In this document: positions 1-10,515 of the stretch, one piece after another | Layout of the letters: each line of letters starts with the position of its first letter | Position numbering within the stretch: position 1 is the first letter of the stretch | NCBI GenBank assembly: GCA_030390025.1 | Contig: JASTWF010000349.1 | Span: forward strand, 485,614-505,613 | Direction: 5' to 3' | Origin: Squalus acanthias | Taxonomy: Eukaryota | Length of the DNA: 20,000 nt | Notes under the pieces: generated by a model | The model's database searches: none | Seen by the model: only the letters and a program-made list of their open reading frames with translations | Told to the model about the DNA's origin: nothing | Position numbers and translations under genes: made by a program

Positions 1-517
1 GGTGGGATATTAAAGGGTACGGGGAGTGAGCAGGAGAGTGGGATTAGACTGGGTGGGATATTAAAGGGTACGGGGAGTGAGCAGGAGAGTGGGATTAGAC
101 TGGGTGGAATATTAAAGGGAGTGAGGAGGAGAGTGGGATTAGACTGGGTGGAATATTAAAGGGAGTGAGGAGGAGAGTGGGATTAGACTGGGTGGAATAT
201 TAAAGGGAGTGAGCAGGAGAGTGGGATTAGACTGGGTGGAATATTAAAGGGTACGGGGAGTGAGCAGGAGAGTGGGATTAGACTGGGTGGGATATTAAAG
301 GGAGTGAGGAGGAGAGTGGGATTAGACTGGGTGGAATATTAAAGGGAGTGAGGAGGAGAGTGGGATTAGACTGGGTGGAATATTAAAGGGAGTGAGCAGG
401 AGAGTGGGATTAGACTGGGTGGAATATTAAAGGGTACGGGGAGTGAGCAGGAGAGTGGGATTAGACTGGGTGGGATATTAAAGGGGATGGGGGGAGTGAG
501 CAGGACAGCGGGATTAG
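1..517 (+). repeat. G-rich minisatellite with 51-bp and 44-bp unit variants (runs off the window start)
   Basis: About 11 tandem units of GGTGG(G/A)ATATTAAAGGG[TACGGGG]AGTGAG(C/G)AGGAGAGTGGGATTAGACTG; the short unit lacks the 7 bracketed bases. Confidence 0.95.
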
Positions 518-519
518 AA

Positions 520-623
520 CATTGCAACAGTGACTACACTTCAAAAGTACTTCCTTGGCAGTAAAGCGCTTTGGGATGTCCTGAGGTTGTGAATGGCGCT
601 ATAGAAATGCAAGTACTTTCTTT
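520..623 (+). mobile_element. 3' tail fragment of a SINE (Deu-SINE/SacSINE1-like, LINE-derived tail)
   Basis: CAACAGTGACTACACTTCAAAAGTACTTC...AAAGCGCTTTGGGATGTCCTGAGG...GGCGCTATAGAAATGCAAGT(A)CTTTCTTT resembles a common shark SINE 3' end; family assigned from recall, not a search. Confidence 0.65.
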
Positions 624-865
624 AGAATGAGTGGATCATGGCTGAGTGGCTGGCCTAATTCTGTACTGCAACAATCTCGCATTTAATTTCAATAAAACAT
701 CCTTCCCTCTGGTAAAATGGGATAAATTCAGATTAACTGCCGCTCAATGTGAATTTCATCTCTTCACTCCCACCTGGCCTAATGATGTCACTTTGACTCT
801 GTCACTTTGGTGTCAAACAGATGATGAGCTCCACAGTTTGAAAGGATCAATATTTTTACATGGTA

Positions 866-2612
866 TTTACAGCACAGAAACAGGTCATTCGGCCAACTGG
901 TCCGTGCCAGTGTTTATGCTTCACACGAGCCTCCTCCCACCCTTCTTCATCTCACCCTATCAGCATAACCTTCTATTCCTTTCTTAAGTATTTACCTAGC
1001 TTCCCCTGAAATGCATCTATACTATTCACCTCAACTACTCCTTGTGGTAGCGAGTTCAACATTCCAACCACTCAATGGGTAAAAAAAGTTTCTCCTGAAT
1101 TCTCTATTGGATTTATTAATGACTATCTTATATTTATGGCCCCTAATTTGGTCGCCCCCACAAGTGGAAACATCTTCTCTACGTCTACCCTATCAAACCC
1201 TTTCATAATTTTAAAGACCTCTATCAGGTCACCCCTCAGCCTTCTCATTTCTAGAGAAAAGAGCCCCAGCCTGTTCAGTCTTTCTGGATAGGTATAACCT
1301 CTCAGTTCTGGTATCATCCTTTTAAATCTTTTTAGCATCTTCTCCAGTGCCTCTATATCCTTTTTCTAATATGGAGACCAGAACTGTTCACAGTACTCTA
1401 TGATCTAACCAAGGTTCCATACATGTTTAACATAACTTCTTTGCATTTCAATTCTATCCCTCTAGAAATGGACCCCAGTGCTTTGTTTGAATTTTTATTG
1501 CCTTATTAACCTGTTCCACTACTTTTAGTGATCTGTGTATCTGTACCCCTGGATCCCTTTGCTCCTCTACCCCATTTAAACTCCTATTTTCCAAAGAGTA
1601 GGGGGCCTCCTTATTCTTCCTACCAAAATGCACCACCTCACACTTAACTATATTGAAATTAATTTGCTAATTATACACCCATTTTGCAAGTTTATTAATG
1701 TCTTTCTGTATTTTGTCACAGTCCTCCTCTCTATTAACTTACATCCCACCCCATTCAATTTGGTGTCATATGCAAATTTTGAAATTGTACTTCTGAGTCC
1801 CGAGTGCAAATTGTTTCTGTAAATGGCGAACAGCAGTGGTCCCAGCACCGATCTTGTGGAACACCACTGCCCACTTTTTGCCAGTCTGAGTAGCCCCTAC
1901 TCTCTGTCTCTCCGCTGTGTAACCAGCTTGCTTTCCATTCTACTACTTGTCCCCTGACTCCACATGTTCTGACCTTAGTCACGAGCCTACTATGCGGTGC
2001 CTTATCAAGGCCCTTTGAAAATCGAACAATATTACATCTACTACATTACCCTTGTCTACTCTCTCTGTCACTTCTTCAAAGAATGTAATAAGGTTGGTCA
2101 AGCAAGACCGTCCCTTTTAAAATCTGTGCTGACTACTCTATATTATCTTTTTGGTTTCTTGATGTTTTTCTATTACATCTTTCCTACCACCGACGTTAAG
2201 CTAACTGGTCTATAGTTCCCTGGACTTGTTCTATCTCCCTTTTTAAATATAGGAATCACATTAGCTGTCCGCCAGTCCTCTGGCACTATTCCCTTTTCCA
2301 ATTCATTTTTATATATATGTAATAGTGCTGTATCTTCCCTAACTTCTTTTAATATGCGCGGATGCAATCCATCCAGACCGGGGTTTTATTCTTTCTAAGT
2401 TTGATGAGTGTATCAATTATCTCCCCCCACCCCCTGCTCTATCTGAAATGATTTAATAACTTTTTTGTTCTCTTCTTCTAGTGTCATGCCCACCATGTTA
2501 ATTTCTCTGGTAAATACTGAGGCAAAGTAAGTATTTATTATTTCTGCCATTTTGCTATCATTACTTGTTAGTTTATCATGTGCATCCCTTAGTGGCCCTA
2601 TCCCTATCCTGA
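866..2612 (-). mobile_element. Decayed, 5'-truncated CR1 LINE (ORF2 reverse-transcriptase region plus 3' UTR)
   Basis: Minus-strand fragments HPRILKE..VPEDWRTANVIPIFKKGDRTSPGNYRPVSLTSVVGKM, SGVPQ/LGPLLF..SKFAYDTKL, LGLFSLEMRRLRGDLIEVFKIMKGFD; many frameshifts. Confidence 0.92.
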
Positions 2613-4459
2613 TCATGGAATCATGGAATGGTTACAGCACAGAAGGAGGCCATTTGGCCCATTGAGCCTGTGCCAGCTCTCTGCAAGAGCAATTCAGCTA
2701 GTCCCACTCCCCCTGCCCTTTCCTCGTAGCCCTGCAAATTTTTTTCCTTCAGGTACTTATCCAATTCCCTTTTGAAAGCCACGATTGAATCTGCCGCCAT
2801 CACCCTTCCAGGCAGTGCATTCCAGATCCTAACCACTTGCTGTATAAAAAAGTTTTCCTCATGTTGCCTTTGGTTTTTCTGCCATTCACTTTAAATCTGT
2901 GTCCTCTGGTTCTCGACCCTTCTGCCAATGGGAACAGTTTCTCTCTAACTACTCTGTATAGACCCCTCATGATTTTGAACACCTCTATCAAATCTCCTCT
3001 CAACTTTCTCTGCTCTAAGGAGAACAACCCCAGCTTCTCCAGTCTATCCACGTAACTGAAGTCCCTCATCATGAACCATTCTTGTAAATCTTTTCTGCAC
3101 CCCCTCTAAGGCCTTCACATTCTTCCTAAAGTGCGGTGCCCAGAATTGGACACAATACTGCAGTTGAGGCCGAACCAGTATTTTATAAAGGTTCATCATA
3201 ACTTCCTTGCTTTTGTACTCTATGCCTCTATTTATGAAGCCCAGGATCCCGTATGCTTTTTTAACCGCTTTCTCAACCTGCCCTGCCACTTTCAACAATT
3301 TGTGCACATGTACCCCCAGGTCGCTCTGTTCATGCACCCCCTTTAGAATTGTACCCTTTAGTTTATGTTGCCTTTCCTACCAAAATGTATCACTTTGCAC
3401 TTTCCTGCGTTAAATTTCATCTGCCACGTGTCCACCCATTCCACCAGCCTGTCTATGTCCTCTTGAAGTCTATCACTCTCCTCCTCACTTTGTGTCATCT
3501 GCAGATTTTGAAATTGTGCCCTGTACACCCAAGTCTAAGTCATTAATATATATCAAGAAAAGCAGTGGTCCCTGGGGAACACCACTGTCTACCTTCCTCC
3601 AGTCCGAAAAACAACCGTTCACCACTACTCTCTGTTTCCTGTCACTTAGCCGATTCCTTATCCATGCTGCCACTTTTATTCCATGGGCTTCAACTTTGCT
3701 GGCCAGCCTATTATGTGGCACTTTATCAAACACCTTTTGGAAATCCATGTACACCACATCAACCGCATTGCCCTCATCAACCCTCTCTGTTACCTCATCA
3801 AAAATGTAATCAAGTTAGTTAAACATGATTTGCCTTTAACAAATCCGTGCTGGCTTTCCTCAATTAATCCACACTTGTCCAAGTAACTGTTAATTTTGTT
3901 CCTGATTATCATTTCTAGAAGCTTCCCCACTACTGATTAAACTGATTGGCCTGTAGCTGCTGGGTTTATCCTTACGCACATTTTTGAACAAGGCGTAACA
4001 TTGCAATTCTCCAGTCCTCTGGCACCACCCCTGTATCTAAGGAGGTTTGGAAGATCATGGCCAGTACCTCCGTAATTTCCACCTTCACTTCTCGCAGCAT
4101 CCTAGGTCCTGATCCTGGTGACTTATCTACTTTAAATACAGCCAGCCTTTCTAGTACCTCCTCTTTATCAATTTTTATCCCATCCAGTATCTCAACTACC
4201 TCCTCTTTCACTATGACTTTGGCAGCATCTTCTTCCTTGGTAAAGACAGATACAAAGTATTCATTTAGTACCTCAGCCATGCCCTCTGCCTCCATGTGCA
4301 GGTCTCTTTTTTGGTCCCCACCCCGCCTCTTACTACCCGTTTACTATTTATATGCCTCCAGAAGACTTTTGGATTCCCTTTTATGTTAGCTACGAGTCTA
4401 TTCTCATACCCTCTCTTTGCCCCTCTTATTTCCTTTTTCACTTCCCCTCGGGACTTTCT
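2612..4459 (-). mobile_element. Second decayed CR1 LINE (different subfamily), interrupted by the Harbinger element
   Basis: 3' end with short repeat tail (TCATGGAA x2 on + strand); ORF2 fragments [74 protein letters not shown]. Confidence 0.93.
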
Positions 4460-4475
4460 GGGCTCGATTTTGCCA
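4460..4475 (+). repeat. Left terminal inverted repeat of the Harbinger element
   Basis: GGGCTCGATTTTGCCA is the exact reverse complement of 16641-16656. Confidence 0.95.
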
Positions 4476-4978
4476 GGCCCGAGGAGGCGGGATTGGAGGC
4501 GTGTGAGGTGTTAAAATCTCAGAAACTGGCGGGCGGGCCCGATCCCGCCTCCGAGCAATTTTCCCACATGCGAGTTTTCTGACCCCGTCTCCATCCCGCC
4601 TCCAAGAGGCGGGATAGGCCCTTAAGGCCCTTAACAACCAGTTAAGTGCCATTATAATCCAATTTTGAGAGGCCTTTCTGATTTTAACACTTTTCCCACG
4701 TGGTTCACGTCTCCTCTGGAACACGCCAGTGAATCCTGGTGGCCTCACAAATGGACTGCTGACTAACAGCTGCAGCTCCACCATTAAAAAGGAGTTTTCA
4801 GCAATCATCATTTGCAGGTGGCAGACCTTTGTTGTTTCAGGTCTGGGGGAGCTTTTAGCAGGCCTACTCATTGTTGTGAAAGTTTGGAGCCTGACACCCA
4901 TCTCCAGTGTGACCTCCTGGGAAACCCCTCTCCCCACATTGACTGAGCGCTTCCTCAACTGAGGTATATACCAGAAGA

Positions 4979-5275
4979 ATGGGAACCATTTATTTCCTTT
5001 CCTCCTGGACATCAGATTCAGACGAAGACCAGCCACGGCAGCAGCAGAACCCGGAACAACAACAGCACCAACTGCAGGAGCAACAGCAGGAGCGCCAAGC
5101 TGCTGCTCACCCACCTGAAGCTGCACAGGCCAGAAGGCGCCAGCGCATGGAAGCCCGTCGGCGCAGGAGATACCCCCCAAACAGGGTCTACAGACAGAAG
5201 ATCAGCTACCTCAACATGACTGAACAGCAGTGCCAAAGGAGGCTCAGACTTTCGCGAGAGGTAGTGGGTGACATC
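4979..5275 (+). pseudogene. Harbinger transposase, N-terminal 99 codons (cut by the ERV)
   Basis: MGTIYF...RRRRRYPPNRVYRQKISYLNMTEQQCQRRLRLSREVVGDI is a HARBI1-like N-terminus; it joins in frame to 13202 once the ERV and one duplication copy are removed. Confidence 0.92.
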
Positions 5276-5803
5276 TGTGGAAGTGCAGTTTTTGTCTCAG
5301 ATAAAATGGCTTCCTAGACACAAAGAGTGATCCAAAATGGCCGACTCTGACTTGTATTGAATAAAGAAAGAAGTTGTTTATGACTTCTCACGGAAATGAA
5401 ATTAAACTTTACAGACTATGTTGTTTTCATAGTACAGAACAAATTATGCTTCTTCTAATCAACTTGAGATAACCAAGGAATAGTGAAGTAAACAGCCAGG
5501 TGCCTTGGCCTTGGTGGGAGAAGAACAGACAGACAGACTCCATTTTGTAGCGATTAGCTAGTCTCATTGTAAGGCATTTCTGATGTTTTTTAACTCGTAA
5601 CTTAGCTTACCTTAAACAACATGTCATGTGATATGGGAAGCTTGTGTTTTCAGTGTATAAGATCTTCCAGTTTCTGTGATTCTTCAGTCTGTCATCGTAG
5701 CTATTTGGTTATGGTTGCATTCTCCTTGCAAGTAAAGTAAATAATAAAGCCTTCTTTGACGATATTGTTTAAAGAGTCTTACTCGGAAGTCGAAACTTCG
5801 ACA
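5276..5803 (+). repeat. 5' LTR (528 bp)
   Basis: Direct repeat of 12670-13197 with about 9 substitutions by manual comparison; termini TGTGGAAGT...ACTTCGACA (8/9 inverted); TATAA at 5656-5660; AATAAA at 5743-5748. Confidence 0.97.
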
Positions 5804-5811
5804 GTATTTCT

Positions 5812-5829
5812 TGGAGGTTCCACCGAGAT
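5812..5829 (+). promoter_or_regulatory. Primer-binding site complementary to tRNA-Gln
   Basis: TGGAGGTTCCACCGAGAT is the reverse complement of the vertebrate tRNA-Gln 3' end (...ATCTCGGTGGAACCT-CCA); it lies 8 nt after the LTR. Confidence 0.92.
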
Positions 5830-5843
5830 CGCTTGCTACCTTT

Positions 5844-5851
5844 CGGTAAGT
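5844..5851 (+). promoter_or_regulatory. Putative major splice donor of the provirus
   Basis: CG|GTAAGT just downstream of the PBS, the usual position for the donor of env mRNA. Confidence 0.6.
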
Positions 5852-6562
5852 CACGGACAAAAGACACCATGAATTTCTAGTGACAAATCCTGAATGGCCA
5901 CAGTGATGTTTTATCACAAAAAAAAAGGATTTCTCATTAGATACTGAATTGGTGTAGTCTGTTTCTTCTGACAGGAGTACTGCGATTGTTAAGACTCGTG
6001 TTTTAGATTTGAGTTGAATCTTGTAGCTTTTGCCTTTTTAACGTTAAAAAAAAGGGAGGAGGATACTGACAGCTCAAGTTTCAAAACTATCAGGCAAAGG
6101 AGGCAAGGGAAAAAGTCGACAGGGTTGTATCCCGGACTGAGTAAAGGTACCAGGTTATGAGAAAGCGCTAAAAGATTAAAACTGCAGAAAGGTTTAGATA
6201 AAAGATTAAAACTGCAGTATCAAGGGTGGGCCCCTTGAGCCGTGAAAGAAGAAAAATAAAAGAATCTCGCAGCAGGGTATAGAGTATAAGTTAAATGTTA
6301 AGGACTCAGTTTGTAGTGGAGAACAATGCAAAACTGAGAATTGACTAGTTGTTTAGTTTAAAGTATAAGGTTAAATGTTTGATTACTTGATTTGTTTGCC
6401 TGTTTGGGCTTTTACATCTTACTTATAATTGTCTTGATTGTTGTTAGTTCTTGTTATTGTCTTGTAGAACTTTGGATGGTCAGAAATATAATCGTAAGGG
6501 GGTAAAGGGTGAAACTTGCGATTTAGAAGAAGAGTGCCTAGTATAATTAAAACTTTACTAAG

Positions 6563-7036
6563 ATGGGAACTTCACAGAGTAAGACCCCAGAAAAAGGAAC
6601 TCCAGCCTTTTACATCTTCCAGAACTGTGGTCGGACATCCATAAGGGATTTGTCTGATTGGTCTAAATGGACCAAGAATGACAAACACCCGTTCCCTATT
6701 GATGGAACTTTTAACCTAGACAGAATTACATGTCTAGAGGACTGTCTCGCAAATAGAGACCCACAAAGAAGAGGTAAAAAGTCAGTAAATTGGTCAGCCT
6801 TTTCAGACTGGAAAAAGGAAGCAGAAAGGCGTAAGGACCGTAGTATACAAGCCAGTAGATCTGACATTAAAAATAAGAGAAAAGACCCCGTGAGTAAATT
6901 GGCTAAACAAGATGAAGTTAGACAAATGACTTTAAGAATAGAAGCAATTATGGGGCAGCATTCTGGAATGACCAAAGAAAATTACCAGATTCCTTTAATC
7001 AATGCCCTCGTAAATGGTCTCAGAACTGAACATTAA
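6563..7036 (+). pseudogene. gag: Internally deleted Gag (matrix fused to a capsid C-terminal remnant)
   Basis: MGTSQSK myristoylation-type start; W..WT....PFPIDGTF matrix motif; QHSG...LINALVNGL capsid-end motif; far too short for an intact Gag. Confidence 0.85.
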
Positions 7037-7364
7037 AGAACTACTGACTTTAGTCTGCCTAGATTGGAGACATAAAACAACTCCTGAATTGACACAAATT
7101 CTGAAAGGAATTCAGGAGAGAAATAGGGAGCAAAAGAATAAAGTTTCCCTCTTAATGGAGCAAGCAGCTTCCGCAACACCGACGGACCAGAATACTATTT
7201 ATTCAATACAAGCAGACAATTTCTCTGACCAACATGCCTTTCTCCTATCAGACAATGCCCCTATGAACCTTTTAGGGAGAGATTTGCTATGCAAAATGCA
7301 AGCAACAATAATTTGTTCAGAAAAGGGACTACAGGTGTATGTAGAAGGAATTTACCGACATTGA
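7014..7364 (+). pseudogene. Frameshifted Gag continuation fused to the C-terminal half of a retroviral aspartic protease
   Basis: HAFLLSDNAPMNLLGRDLLCKMQATIICS contains the LLGRD protease motif; no DTG/DSG active site and no CCHC knuckle seen. Confidence 0.8.
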
Positions 7365-7987
7365 AATCTGAAAGGAATGTAAAAAAAGAAGAAATTTAAA
7401 GTTTTACCAGCATGGAAGTTATTAATGTCTGTGCCGAGATAAAAGCTAATATACAAGATTTGTTGAGTGAAAGGAATCTTAAAAGGAATACTGGGATCTC
7501 AGTTGTGTGAAAGTGTGTTAAAAGTGTAAAAGTTTTCCTGACTGTGAATGTTTAAGTTTGTTAAGTTACAGTATTTATTTTGTCTGAAAAAAAATCTGTC
7601 TAAAAAAAAGGTGTCTGTCATTTTGTTTATGTTTTAGCTCCACCCACTCTTTTGTACAGAGAGCTAAAGGCTGTTTAACCCTTTGAAGACTTGTTTTGTT
7701 GGTTTAAGTTTGTTAATTGTTTTACAAAAGAGGTATAAGCTTCAGCCTTGAAGTCACAGTTGCCAATGTGCCTGGAAAGAAAATTAATTTGAATGTTTAC
7801 AAGGCATGGGTAATTGTTTCTTTGTTAATGTGACTATGGTTTCTTTCTTTTCCAACTGACAATGGTTAGTTTTTTTTAAACAAAATTGATCTGGATTGAA
7901 TTGGAGTTATTGCGGTTAATTAACCTATTAAAACCAGACTTTTATTGTGCACGGTGAAATTCTGGTTGGTGTAAATTTGTGTAGACC

Positions 7988-8122
7988 GCATTGAATAAGA
8001 TATTTAATGGTCTGAAATCAGATTTTGAAATATTTACAGTCTTGGATACAGAACGGGTTCTGGTCCATACCATTTGCAGAGGAATCACAAGGAAATTCGC
8101 CTTTACTGTCAGGGATAGACAG
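7988..8122 (+). pseudogene. pol: Eroded reverse-transcriptase fragment
   Basis: Across two frameshifts it reads ALNK..IFTVLDT/NGFWSIPFAEESQ/KFAFTVRDRQ, matching the RT LD..GF..IP...SQ..FAFT block. Confidence 0.75.
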
Positions 8123-9392
8123 GAATTTTATATCAGACTTTGCAGGGAAAGCATTGTGCCCCAAGAATTAGAAAAAAAAACTTTTAAACTAATTTAAGTA
8201 AAGCATGGTGCGTAAAAACTAAGAAGAACAACAAAAAGTTTGTTTAACAAAAGATTAAGTTTCAGTCTAAGATTTAACCTTGGAGTCACGGTTGCTATGG
8301 TGAAATCTTCCAAAGCAGTTTGATTTGATTTGCTTAAATGTGAAAAACTAATTTTTCTCCAGTTATATTCAATGTTTTTACAGTATTTTGGAAAGACATC
8401 TGAAGAAAGGACAATAAGAAATATGACGTAATTTACTGGTTCTGCAAGCATGTGCTATTTTGTTTTGTTTTATCTGTTCTGTTCGTGTTTAGTTAAAGTG
8501 TGAAAACACAACTGTCTTTTTCGATCGGGAAAGTTGTTTTTTAATTTACGTAAAGTGACGCAATTGCGTGCGCCTGACAATGTTTCGCTCCACCTTCTTA
8601 AAGACCTGCAAAGGAGTTAACCCTTTCCACTGACAGCTGATTAAGTTCACCGAGCAACAACTTTAGATGACATTTAAAGATATTGGACATTATTAAATTT
8701 AAGTTTCTTAATTTTAAGTTAATATTTCCCCACAGTGACAGAAGGAAAATTATGATTTGATAAATTAACCCCTTGGGCTCTAAGTAGAGTCACAATGGAG
8801 TCTCTTCTTTCCTTTGTTATATGGAAGTTACCTTGTAAACTAATTGCAGCACTTCTGTCTCCAATGTTAAAACACTGTATAAACCACCTAGCCTGGAAAT
8901 CATTTGTTTCTGAAATTGGAAATGGAAGATAAATTGATAGAAATGAAATTGAACATTGACAAAACCTATCAGTTCAACAGTACTGCTGTTTGGATTTTGG
9001 GATAATGTTGTAATAACAAAATGGACTCAGGCACTATATATATATTGAGTTACTTTTGGGAAAATAAAAGATCCTCTAAAATAATGATAAATAAAAAGTT
9101 TTAATAACTTGGACCTAGTGAGAATGTTTGATCTATGTTTTCAATCTTAAATATTGTACTGGACAGTAAAGTTTCTCCAGGGCTCATGAATGAGATATGA
9201 AATAATTAATGGGATGTGTAAAATGGAGAGAGGAAGTGATTGAAGGTGTAAGATAGAAACAGGAGAAATTACACTGCTGAATGGGAATTTTAAAAACTTT
9301 CTGGTGAAAGTCAGGAAAGTGTAGCTAAGAATAATAAATTGATAGCTTTCTCTTGGAGACATTTGTGTCCCTGCCTATAATGAACTTTTAAG

Positions 9393-10515
9393 AAAACTGA
9401 ATTTGATAGCCTGGCCACTATCCAAGATATCGGGACCATGCAGAGGAAGATGAACAAAGACAATCTTTTGATAAGATACCTGAAAGCCCGAGAAAGGCAC
9501 ATGTGGCATGATATTGAAATACCGGTATGAGTGTGCAAATGTGATTCGTTACGTATGAGGCAATTACCATCTGGGAATGTATGGTGAATCTGCACTGAAG
9601 AATGGGTCTCAGACATGCTCAGTTACTTGACAACAGCAAGACATGAAATGGTTAATGTGGCTCATGAGAGCGAGACAACTTTTAAAGCATTGACACATAC
9701 TCCATCGAGAAACTATCTAATTAATGAAACAATCAGAATAGAGTTAAATACACTGGTACCTGTTAGAGGGATTGAAATTGAAGTTGAAGTGGAGAGTTAC
9801 CTGGAATTTGGATTGGGACAATTGAGGGCTAAGGAGAAATCATGTTTAGTAAGAACTATCCACAATATGGATACGAGTAAAATAGCGATCTGGAGAATCT
9901 TTTAAGTCCATGATTTGTTGATTAGATGTTAAACTGTAATGTTGCTTGAAATGATTGTAAGACTGAATTTAACTGTGACTGTAATAATTGTGTTTTGTAG
10001 GTAACAGAGCGTGGGAAAAACCAGTGCGAATTCAGTATGAGGTGGTTTTGGTGGTGCCTCCTGTGTCACTACTACCGCAACTACCATGCTTTACGGGTCT
10101 AACAGTACCTGTCCCATCAACCAACACATTTTACATAATATCGAAACCTATGCTCAAGTGAAACTGACAGTAAATGAGGTACTTAAGTATGAGCTGCACA
10201 ATTATGTGGCACAATTCGGATACGACATTCCCCTGTTGTCTAAGGTTATCAGTGAGCTCATGATGCGACTGAACTCCTCCCTAAAGCATTTTTATGTTCT
10301 GAAGGAAGACAACTCGAGAATAGATATTGAAATTGACAGCATAGGGGACAACTCACACTGGTGGGATAATTGGGCTTAATATATCAGCACACACTTAGAT
10401 TTGTATTATTTCACACGCTCTGGTAGTTCTCCAACTTGTAATGATAGTGTATTTGATATATGTAACCTATGTAGTAAGATACACAAGCCAATTGGGTACT
10501 CATGCCCATGACTAA
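9393..10515 (+). pseudogene. Decayed second envelope-like type I membrane glycoprotein
   Basis: One frame runs 9393-9905 with two internal stops; Cys-rich pieces NNCVL, GGASCVTTT..NSTCP; sequons NET, NST, NSS; then SHWWDNW and, in the next frame, hydrophobic IISHALVVLQLVMIVYLIYVTYVV followed by R and a stop at 10515. Confidence 0.6.

Noticed and set aside
1..517. CRISPR-like array
   Set aside because: There are no unique spacers, the units are head-to-tail and the context is eukaryotic.
646..987. 113-aa ORF
   Set aside because: It has a non-ATG start, runs into the antisense CR1 3' UTR and has no domain features.
4404..5180. 258-aa minus-strand ORF
   Set aside because: It is antisense to the transposase, crosses the TIR into CR1 and has no recognisable domain.
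8557..8568. 12-bp palindrome ACGCAATTGCGT in the ERV interior
   Set aside because: A single short palindrome is expected by chance in 20 kb and has no supporting context.
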